Below, piece by piece: positions 55,246 to 64,000 of a stretch of DNA of 64,000 bases. Both the position numbers and the translations under genes were made by a program. The notes under the pieces are model-generated. The model was not told the origin of the DNA. It made no database searches and was given only the letters and a program-made list of their open reading frames with translations. This stretch comes from an uncultured bacterium. GTDB taxonomy: Bacteria > Deinococcota > Deinococci > Deinococcales > Trueperaceae. The number at the start of each line of letters is the position of its first letter. Positions within the stretch are counted from its first letter, which is position 1. The stretch covers positions 436,295 to 500,294 of the forward strand of contig CAYMRL010000002.1 of NCBI GenBank assembly GCA_964392895.1, written 5' to 3'.

Positions 55246-55596
55246 CTATGAGGACGCGGGCGGTGAGTTGCCCGCGTCCTCGTTCTTTCTCGCCTGTAGC
55301 CATAGAGCCATCACGACTAGCAATGCCGTCACCGCCCCGAAGAGCGGCCGGCCCAAAGCCCAGCACAGCAGGGTCACCGCGAGCCCGAGCGCCAGCGATT
55401 TGGTCGAGGTCGAAGTGACGCCCTGGCGCGAGACGGTTCCAGCTAATCCGCCAAGATAGGCCGTCACGAACGGGAAGAAGTAGAAACCATAGCTCGCTCG
55501 CAACCACTCGCCGAATGCTGGCCAAGTGAGCAGCAAGACAACTCCCAGCAGGATGAGGCTGCTCGCAAGAATCATGAGCGATTTCGAGAGCGTCAC
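55246..55596 (-). CDS. Small hypothetical membrane protein (about 116 aa, 3-4 TM)
   Basis: Hydrophobic ORF directly downstream of, and co-directional with, the Cys-rich secreted protein gene. Its 3' end overlaps the terminator hairpin. No family recognised. Confidence 0.35.
   Translation of the reverse strand: MTLSKSLMILASSLILLGVVLLLTWPAFGEWLRASYGFYFFPFVTAYLGGLAGTVSRQGVTSTSTKSLALGLAVTLLCWALGRPLFGAVTALLVVMALWLQARKNEDAGNSPPASS
55250..55291 (+). terminator. Rho-independent terminator after the cupredoxin gene
   Basis: GAGGACGCGGGC-GGTGAGTT-GCCCGCGTCCTC 12-bp perfect stem followed by GTTCTTTCTC. Confidence 0.6.
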
Positions 55597-55686
55597 TGCA
55601 CCACCTCGTCACGCCGCTACAAGCATTCTAGAAGGAAAGTGAAAGGCGATGAGCCTAATCGTTTAGGGGACTGACCGTGCCGGAAA

Positions 55687-56139
55687 CTACAACCTAAACC
55701 AGTTCGAGCACGACGCAATACAGAAGCCGTTTGTCCAGCGGCGATCGCAATACCTAACCTGTGTGACCCACTCGTACATCGTTTGACTGCTTACGATTGC
55801 GCATGTAGCGCCGAATACGACTGCCACAGTAATTCCGAGACTGGGGTTAATCAAGCCTGCGGCCGCAGTTGACCCTCCACCGATCGCCCAGCAGGCCACA
55901 TTAACGTAGAACCAACCACTAGGAACATACGCCTCTCGAGTTTCAGTCCATGTGCCTTCACACGTGGGACCTCCGGGATCAACAACGTTTGGCGCTTCCG
56001 CTGGGGGCGTCGTGCTCGCATAAGCTAGAAGCAATGCTGACTCGATTGTCTGCTCCACGCAACTAGACTCGATTTGTGGAGCAGCATTGGCGATGGTGCT
56101 TGCAGCCAACAGTGCAACGAAGAGTGTAAGTAGCGACAT
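55687..56139 (-). CDS. Cys-rich secreted hypothetical protein in a low-GC islet
   Basis: Start at MSLLTLFVALLAASTIANA (signal peptide, ATG at 56139). Mature region of about 130 aa with 8 Cys and a hydrophobic C-terminal stretch. GC about 50% with foreign codon usage (cta, ctt, aca, caa). Confidence 0.45.
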   Translation of the reverse strand: MSLLTLFVALLAASTIANAAPQIESSCVEQTIESALLLAYASTTPPAEAPNVVDPGGPTCEGTWTETREAYVPSGWFYVNVACWAIGGGSTAAAGLINPSLGITVAVVFGATCAIVSSQTMYEWVTQVRYCDRRWTNGFCIASCSNWFRL

Positions 56140-56451
56140 GCGTACTCTTAGCCTACAAAGCAGTGCTCTCATTGCTGCCTCCCCAATGATGTGCGTTATG
56201 TACGCGTAATTCAATTAGAGACTGCGGTCAAGCGTATGAGATACCGAAGAAGTAGAATCTCATGAAGTTGCCACATCAGTTCGCAGCCTAGCTCATGAGA
56301 CTCACTAATAGTGCCCTATAAGCCTCAAGTGTCGGCAGCAAAGCGGGAGCATAGCTCAGAGTTCTGCCGTCCTATGGTCTTCCTAAGGTCACGCGGTTCG
56401 CGCATGAAGCCATAGCCAAGTTTCGTCGCTCCAGAGCGGTATCCTTGGCTT

Positions 56452-57657
<1,206 letters not shown>

Positions 57658-57670
57658 GCGCGCTACTTAA

Positions 57671-58624
57671 GTGACGGCGTGGCTGGCCGTCGTCCTCGGC
57701 TTGGGGACGCTCGTGTTCGGAGCCGAGATCCTGGTGCGTGGCGGTAGCAGGCTCGCCGCCCGGCTAAGGATCCGGCCGATGGTCATCGGCTTGACTGTTG
57801 TGGCCTTCGGCACCAGCATCCCCGAGCTGGCCGTCGGCATCGAGGCGGTGCAGCGCGGCGCTGGGGCGTTGGCTGTCGGCAACATCGCGGGGACGAACAT
57901 CGTCAACGTACTGTTGATCCTCGGCCTCGTCGCTCTGATCCGACCGCTGGAGATCCAAGGGCAGACGCTGCGCTTCGAGCTGCCGGTCATGGTCGCCGCG
58001 GCCGGGCTGTTACTGGTGATGGCACTGGATGGCGGGTTCTCCCGCTTGGATGGGCTCGCGCTTGTTGCGTACGGCGCTCTGTACACGTTCGCTGTCGCGC
58101 GGCTGTCGTTGCGCGAGACGGTGACCGAAGTCGGAGTCGCGGCTCGTGTCGGCGTCAGAGCTCAGGACCTGCTCGTCGACCTCGTGCTGCTGGCGGCAGG
58201 CATAGCTCTGACGATCCTCGGGGCAGACTGGCTCGTCGACGGCTCGGTCGGCCTCGCGCGATCGTTCGGCGTCTCCGATGCCGTGATCGGTCTGACCATA
58301 GTCGCTTTGGGAACTTCGGCGCCGGAACTGGTCACCGCGATCGTCTCGAGCATCAGGGGTGAGCGCGGTATCGCCATCGGCAACCTGATCGGCAGCAACG
58401 TCTACAACGTCGCCCTGGTCCTCGGTACCGCCGTGGTCGCGGCGCCCGGAACCGTGCCCGTGGCCAGCGACCTCGTCCGTATCGACCTACCGGCGATGTT
58501 CCTAGTCATGTTGGCGTGCGTGCCCGTGTTCGTGAGTCGCAGCCGTGTTTCGAGGCTGGAGGGTGGGATCTTCGTGTCTGCTTACGTCTTGTACATGGCC
58601 GCGCTGGCGGTGTTCAGAACGTGA
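57671..58624 (+). CDS. Ca2+/Na+ antiporter (CaCA family, YrbG-like)
   Basis: Two alpha-repeat motifs (GTSIPELAV and GTSAPELVTAI) and about 10 TM segments. GTG start. Confidence 0.8.
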   Translation: MTAWLAVVLGLGTLVFGAEILVRGGSRLAARLRIRPMVIGLTVVAFGTSIPELAVGIEAVQRGAGALAVGNIAGTNIVNVLLILGLVALIRPLEIQGQTLRFELPVMVAAAGLLLVMALDGGFSRLDGLALVAYGALYTFAVARLSLRETVTEVGVAARVGVRAQDLLVDLVLLAAGIALTILGADWLVDGSVGLARSFGVSDAVIGLTIVALGTSAPELVTAIVSSIRGERGIAIGNLIGSNVYNVALVLGTAVVAAPGTVPVASDLVRIDLPAMFLVMLACVPVFVSRSRVSRLEGGIFVSAYVLYMAALAVFRT

Positions 58625-58667
58625 GAAGATGTCGTGATGACCGCCGCCTGTGAGAGCCGCGCCTAGC

Positions 58668-59699
58668 ATGCGGGCCTTGGCCAAACTCGAGCCCAGGGAG
58701 GGCATCTGGCGTATCGAAGCCGGCGTCCCTTCCCCAGGCCCGAACGACGTGCTGATCCGCATCAGCAAGACGAGTATCTGCGGCACCGACGTCCACATCT
58801 ACAACTGGGACGAGTGGTCGAAGCGCACGGTGCCCGTAGGACTGATCATAGGTCACGAGTACGTCGGTGTCATCGAGGCAGTCGGCTCCGAGGTGACGGG
58901 TTTCGCCGTCGGTGACCGGGTCTCGGGCGAGGGGCACATCACCTGCGGACACTGCCGCAACTGCCGCGCCGGCCGCCGGCACCTGTGCCGCAACACGCTC
59001 GGTGTCGGCGTGCAGCGGCAGGGCGCCTTCGCTGACTACCTCGTACTGCCGGCCTTCAACGCGTTCAAGCTGCCCGACAGCATCCCTGACGACGTCGCCT
59101 CGATCCTCGACCCGCTGGGCAATGCCGTGCACACGGCGCTCACCTTCGATCTGGTCGGCGAGGACGTACTGATCACCGGCGCGGGCCCCATCGGCCTGAT
59201 GTCAGCTGCGATCTGCCGCTTCGTCGGCGCGCGCCACATCGTCATCACCGACGTCAACCCCGACCGTCTGGCGCTGGCGTCGGCGCTGGGCGCCACGCGC
59301 GCCGTCAATGTCGCCGACCCCGCTTGCGACCTGCGCGACGTGATGGCCGACCTCGGCATGACCGAGGGCTTCGACGTCGTGCTAGAGATGTCGGGAGCCC
59401 CGGCCGCGTTCGGGCAACTCCTGGACACGGTCATCCACGGCGGCAAGGTGGCGCTGTTGGGGATCCCCAGCCGCGACATCGCCATCGACTGGAACAAGGT
59501 CATCTTCAAAGGCCTGACGCTGCAAGGCATCTACGGCCGACAGATGTTCGAGACCTGGTACAAGATGCGCAACCTGCTCGAGGCGGGTCTGGACGTGACG
59601 CCGGTGATAACACACCGCTTCCCGATGGCCGACTTCCAGCGCGGGTTCGACATCATGCGGTCGGGCAAATCGGGGAAGGTCATCCTCGACTGGGGTTGA
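58668..59699 (+). CDS. tdh: L-threonine 3-dehydrogenase
   Basis: [50 protein letters not shown]...[12 protein letters not shown] has the Zn-ADH catalytic and structural Zn motifs ([15 protein letters not shown]). Confidence 0.9.
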   Translation: MRALAKLEPREGIWRIEAGVPSPGPNDVLIRISKTSICGTDVHIYNWDEWSKRTVPVGLIIGHEYVGVIEAVGSEVTGFAVGDRVSGEGHITCGHCRNCRAGRRHLCRNTLGVGVQRQGAFADYLVLPAFNAFKLPDSIPDDVASILDPLGNAVHTALTFDLVGEDVLITGAGPIGLMSAAICRFVGARHIVITDVNPDRLALASALGATRAVNVADPACDLRDVMADLGMTEGFDVVLEMSGAPAAFGQLLDTVIHGGKVALLGIPSRDIAIDWNKVIFKGLTLQGIYGRQMFETWYKMRNLLEAGLDVTPVITHRFPMADFQRGFDIMRSGKSGKVILDWG

Positions 59700-59705
59700 G
59701 TCCCT

Positions 59706-59830
59706 ACCTAGGCTAGGCAGTCGCCGGCTGAGTTCCGCATGGCTTGTGCGCGTACCCCTGTACTAGGCAGTTGCCCGCTGTGTTCCAAGTGGCTACTACG
59801 CATACTCCTGTACTAGGCAGATGCCTAGCA
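59706..59830. repeat. Intergenic 50-bp tandem repeat, about 2.3 copies, each unit starting CTAGGCAG
   Basis: Units at 59713-59762 and 59763-59812 are about 80% identical; a third partial unit starts at 59813. Flanked by CCTAGG palindromes at 59706 and 59881. Confidence 0.55.
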
Positions 59831-59908
59831 TAGGGGTAGACGCATTCGGGTCTCACCCTCGATCTCCCGAGCCTAGCCCGCCTAGGCGATCGCCCGGCCG
59901 AACCAGCT

Positions 59909-60628
59909 TCACATCGACAGGTAAGCGCTCCTGACATCGGGATCAGCCAGCAGCGCCGCTCCCGTTCCCTCCTTGCGCACCTCGCCGTTCTCCAGCACGT
60001 AGGCGCGGTCGGCGATGCGCAGGGAGCTGAGCACGTTCTGCTCGACGAGCAGCACGGTCACCCCGGTCTGACGGATCTGGCTCAGCGCCTTGAACACGGT
60101 GGCGGAGAGCGCGGGCGAGAGGCCGATGCTGGGCTCGTCGACGAGTAGCAGCCGCGGCTCGCTCATCAGGGCGCGGCCGATGGCGAGCATCTGGCCTTCG
60201 CCGCCGGACAGGGTGCCTGCCAACTGGCCGGCGCGCTCGGCCAAGCGCGGGAACAGCTCGAGCACGCGCTCGCGATTGCGCTTCGCGACGGCTCTCGCGT
60301 GGGGCAGGTAGTCGGCGCCGGAGTCGAGGTTCTCGCTCACGGTCATCAGCGGGAACAGCTGGCGGCCTTCCGGCACGTGCCCCACCCCGGCGCGCACCAC
60401 GCGGGCGGACGACATCCCGGCGAGGTTCGTGCCGCCCAAGGCCCTGACTGAACCGGCGCGGAGCGGCAGCACCCCGCTGATGGCGCGCAGCAAGGTGGTC
60501 TTGCCGGCGCCGTTGGCGCCGATTATCGTCACCAGCTCGCCCTCCTCGACGTGGAGGTCGACGTCCCACAGGACGGTGATCTTGCCGTAGCCGACGCGTG
60601 CGCCGGCGACTTCGAGAGCGCGGCTCAT
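59909..60628 (-). CDS. livF: Branched-chain amino acid ABC transporter ATP-binding protein LivF
   Basis: Walker A GANGAGKTTLL, signature LSGGEGQMLAIGRAL, and the LivF-type short C-terminus. Confidence 0.85.
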   Translation of the reverse strand: MSRALEVAGARVGYGKITVLWDVDLHVEEGELVTIIGANGAGKTTLLRAISGVLPLRAGSVRALGGTNLAGMSSARVVRAGVGHVPEGRQLFPLMTVSENLDSGADYLPHARAVAKRNRERVLELFPRLAERAGQLAGTLSGGEGQMLAIGRALMSEPRLLLVDEPSIGLSPALSATVFKALSQIRQTGVTVLLVEQNVLSSLRIADRAYVLENGEVRKEGTGAALLADPDVRSAYLSM

Positions 60629-61365
60629 GCTTCCTCCTCGCCCAGGTACGCCTCGATGACCTTCGGGTCGGAGGTGACCTCGGCGTAGGTGCCGCGAGCC
60701 AGCTCGCGGCCGTAGTCCATCACCAGCACGCGGTCGGCGAGGTCGCGCACGACCGGCATGACGTGCTCGATGAACACGACGGTCACACCGCCGTCGCGGA
60801 CGCTTCTGACGAGCTCGACGGCGTCCTTGGCCTCGGCCGGACGAAGGCCCGCCATCACCTCGTCGAGCAGCAGCACGCGTGGGGCCGTCGCCAGCGCGCG
60901 CGCGATCTCGAGGCGCTTCTCCTGCAGGAGGTTCAGGTCTTCGACGGGCGCGTGACGCAGATCGCCGAGACCGGTGCGGTCGATCGCCTCGTCGGCGCGG
61001 CGCCGCGCTTCGGCTGTCGGCACCGCCGGCCCGCCGAACAGGGCGCCGACCATCACGTTCTCGTCGACGCTCATCTCTGGGAACGGCTGCACCACCTGGA
61101 ACGCGCGGCCGAGCCCGAGGTGGGTGCGTTTGAAGGTCGGCAGGCTGGTGATGTCGGTGTCTCCGAGACGGATGGTGCCGCTACTCGGAGTGAGCAGTCC
61201 CGAGAGAAGGTTGAGGGTCGTCGTCTTGCCGGCGCCGTTGGGGCCGATAATCGCGAAGATCTCGCCCTTCTCGACCTCGAAGCCGAGGCCGCTGACGGCC
61301 GCCAGGCCACCGAAGCTGCGGCTCAGGGCGTTGACGGAGAGGATCGTCTCAGCCATGCGAGCCAC
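60625..61365 (-). CDS. livG: Branched-chain amino acid ABC transporter ATP-binding protein LivG
   Basis: GPNGAGKTTTLNLLSG Walker A; LivG-type C-terminal extension. Confidence 0.85.
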   Translation of the reverse strand: MARMAETILSVNALSRSFGGLAAVSGLGFEVEKGEIFAIIGPNGAGKTTTLNLLSGLLTPSSGTIRLGDTDITSLPTFKRTHLGLGRAFQVVQPFPEMSVDENVMVGALFGGPAVPTAEARRRADEAIDRTGLGDLRHAPVEDLNLLQEKRLEIARALATAPRVLLLDEVMAGLRPAEAKDAVELVRSVRDGGVTVVFIEHVMPVVRDLADRVLVMDYGRELARGTYAEVTSDPKVIEAYLGEEEA

Positions 61366-62373
61366 CTGGGCCGCTCGGCTTGCTCTGGCGCCTGGTCAGG
61401 CGACGGAGCACACCTACCAGGCCGCGCGGCATGAACAGGATCGACACCACGAGGACCACCCCGTACGCGACGAGGTAGCCGTCGGACATGACGCGTTTGA
61501 GCGTCTCCTCGAGTCCGGACAGGACCAACGCCGCCAAGATGGGCCCGACCGTCGTGTAGAGCCCGCCGAAGATCGGCGTCACCAGGGCGAGGACCGTGGT
61601 GTGGACCGAGAACGTCGACTCAGGGTTGACGCTGCCGAACCTGTGCGCTTCGATCGCGCCGAGCATGCCGACGATGGCGCTGGAGACGACGAACGCGAAG
61701 AGCTTGGTGCGGGCCGCGTCGACCCCCATCACGCCGGCGACGAACTCGTTGGTGCGGATGGCGGTGAACGCGTGCTTGAGGCGCGAGTTCTGCATCAGGA
61801 GCGACACGAGTATCGTCACGGCGAGCAGGCCGACGTAGACGAGGAAGTAGCCCTGGTTGCGCAGGAAGGCGACCTCCCAGCGCTCCATCTCGCCCGGCAC
61901 GAACACCGGCCTGAACAGCGGAGGCACGTTGGTGCCGACCGAGCCGCCCGTGATGCTGAACGGCATGTTGTGCACGAAGGTCTTGATCACCTCGGTGAAA
62001 GCGAGGGTGGCGATGGCGAAGTAGATGCCGTAGAGCCTGAGCGTGGCCGAGCCGAGGATCAGCGCGAGCATGCCGGCGACCAGCCCTGCCACGGGGATGC
62101 TCAGCCACAGCGGCGCATCGGTCAGCTTGAGGAGCACGGCGGCCGAGTAGCCGCCGGCGCCGTAGAAGGCGGCGTGAGCGAGCGAGAGCTGGCCGGTCCT
62201 CGCCACCAAGTCCCACGAGAGCGCCAACACGCCTAGGGCGACGGCGCGTATGCCCAAGGATAGGTAGCTGACGGAGGCCTGGCCGAACTGCGCGCGCAGC
62301 ACGTTCGGCAGCAGCATCAGCAGCGCCACGAACGCCAGCGCCATGCCGAGCTCGAGCCAGACACCGCCGCGCC

Positions 62374-62389
<16 letters not shown>
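61349..62389 (-). CDS. livM: Branched-chain amino acid ABC transporter permease LivM
   Basis: 346-aa polytopic permease of the LivM family. Confidence 0.8.
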
Positions 62390-63240
<851 letters not shown>

Positions 63241-63318
63241 TCAGGACCTGGGGTGGGGAGTGTGCGCGCCAACGACGCGCACACTCCCGATCGCGGCTGG
63301 ATCAGCCGCCGAGGACGG

Positions 63319-63990
63319 TTAGAAGCAGGATGCCAGCGGCGCGGTGGCGCGGTCGCCGGGCCAGACGATCTCGCGCACGCCGTTCTGGTACTGGAACACC
63401 AGCCACATCTCGGAGCCGAAGCCCTGGTGCTTGCCGACGATCGACGGTGAGAAGCTCCAGTCGCCCATCGGCGAGCGGAAGGTGCCGGTCTTCAGCTGCT
63501 CGATGACAGCGGCCTGGTCGGTGCTGCCGGCGGCGTTGATGGCGTCGGCGTAGCTCCAGAGCTGAGCGTAGGCGAGGGCCGACATGTAGTTGTCCGGGTC
63601 GGCGCCGTGCATGGCGCGGTAGGCGCCGGCGAAAGCGACGGCCTCGGAGTTGGGCAGGTTCGGCAGGTAGCCGATGAGGCCGGTGACGCACTGGGCCTCA
63701 GGGGCGGCACCGAACTCGGACGGCCAGCCGGGAGGGGCGCCGAAGATGTACGGCGGGGCGACGTTGAGCTCGCGCACCTGAGCGGTGAGTGGCTGCGCGT
63801 CGGAGTCGTAACCGATCCAGTAGAGCATGTCGGCGTTGGTCGCTCCGACCTTGCTGAGGGTCGCGCGGAAGTCGCCGGTGCCGCCCGTCAGGGTCGACTG
63901 GAACGCTTCGAGCAGCGCGACTTCGATGCCCATGCCCTGCAGGCCGAGCTGAAGGCCGGCGGCGCCCGGCGTGCCGAACGCGCCGTTCTC
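63319..63990 (-). CDS. Branched-chain amino acid ABC transporter substrate-binding protein (LivJ/K family), C-terminal part; 5' end lies beyond the window
   Basis: The reading frame stays open from the window edge to the TAA at 63319. The periplasmic binding-protein type I fold is head-of-operon to livHMGF. Confidence 0.7.
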   Translation of the reverse strand, partial: ENGAFGTPGAAGLQLGLQGMGIEVALLEAFQSTLTGGTGDFRATLSKVGATNADMLYWIGYDSDAQPLTAQVRELNVAPPYIFGAPPGWPSEFGAAPEAQCVTGLIGYLPNLPNSEAVAFAGAYRAMHGADPDNYMSALAYAQLWSYADAINAAGSTDQAAVIEQLKTGTFRSPMGDWSFSPSIVGKHQGFGSEMWLVFQYQNGVREIVWPGDRATAPLASCF

Positions 63991-64000
63991 GTGCAGGATC

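Noticed and set aside
59706-59830. Considered a CRISPR array.
   Set aside because: Only about 2.3 contiguous 50-bp units with no unique spacers between them, and no cas genes in the window.

Overview
This is a high-GC (~67-70%) bacterial chromosomal segment, densely coding on both strands and mostly housekeeping or transport. I found no rRNA, tRNA or CRISPR array.

Gene content in order along the window:
- 2-oxo-acid dehydrogenase E1beta (3' end) and E2, then a VapBC (PIN/Phd) toxin-antitoxin pair.
- Pyruvate phosphate dikinase, a lipoprotein, UvrC and a GNAT acetyltransferase.
- A MoxR AAA+ ATPase, a DUF58 protein and a minimal Ser/Thr kinase.
- Two BMP/nucleoside-type ABC permeases with no ATPase or binding protein nearby.
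- MalQ and a convergent sugar ABC transporter, then a NatAB-like ABC-2 exporter.
- A truncated FMN-dependent hydroxy-acid-dehydrogenase-like protein, RuvA, alanine dehydrogenase and TruB.
- A TPR-CPBP membrane protease, a small hypothetical protein and an OmpR/histidine-kinase two-component pair.
- A dCTP deaminase interrupted by a 378-aa intein that carries an HNH endonuclease.
- An SPFH protein, a secreted alpha/beta hydrolase, a small RHH protein and a TRAP transporter (dctP convergent with dctQM).
- MltG, RuvX, AlaS, an MFS transporter, a polytopic membrane protein and a phnDCEE phosphonate ABC operon.
- An Asp-racemase-family protein, a D-cysteine desulfhydrase/ACC-deaminase-family protein, and a lower-GC gene with a C-terminal ParB/Srx-like motif.
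- A DERA-type DeoC followed by an 810-aa tandem aldehyde dehydrogenase fusion, then a cupredoxin.
- A markedly low-GC (~50%) islet encoding a Cys-rich secreted protein followed by a small membrane protein.
- kbl, a Ca/Na exchanger and tdh; a 50-bp tandem repeat; and a livFGMH(J) operon running off the 3' end.

I could not identify a clear multi-gene system of established type such as a defence island. The most unusual loci are the intein-HNH dcd gene, the two low-GC inserts (the ParB-like gene, and the Cys-rich secreted protein with its membrane partner), the tandem aldehyde dehydrogenase fusion, and the MoxR-DUF58-kinase-orphan-permease cluster.

All coordinates were checked by hand against the printed sequence. 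Family assignments are by motif recognition only; no searches were run.
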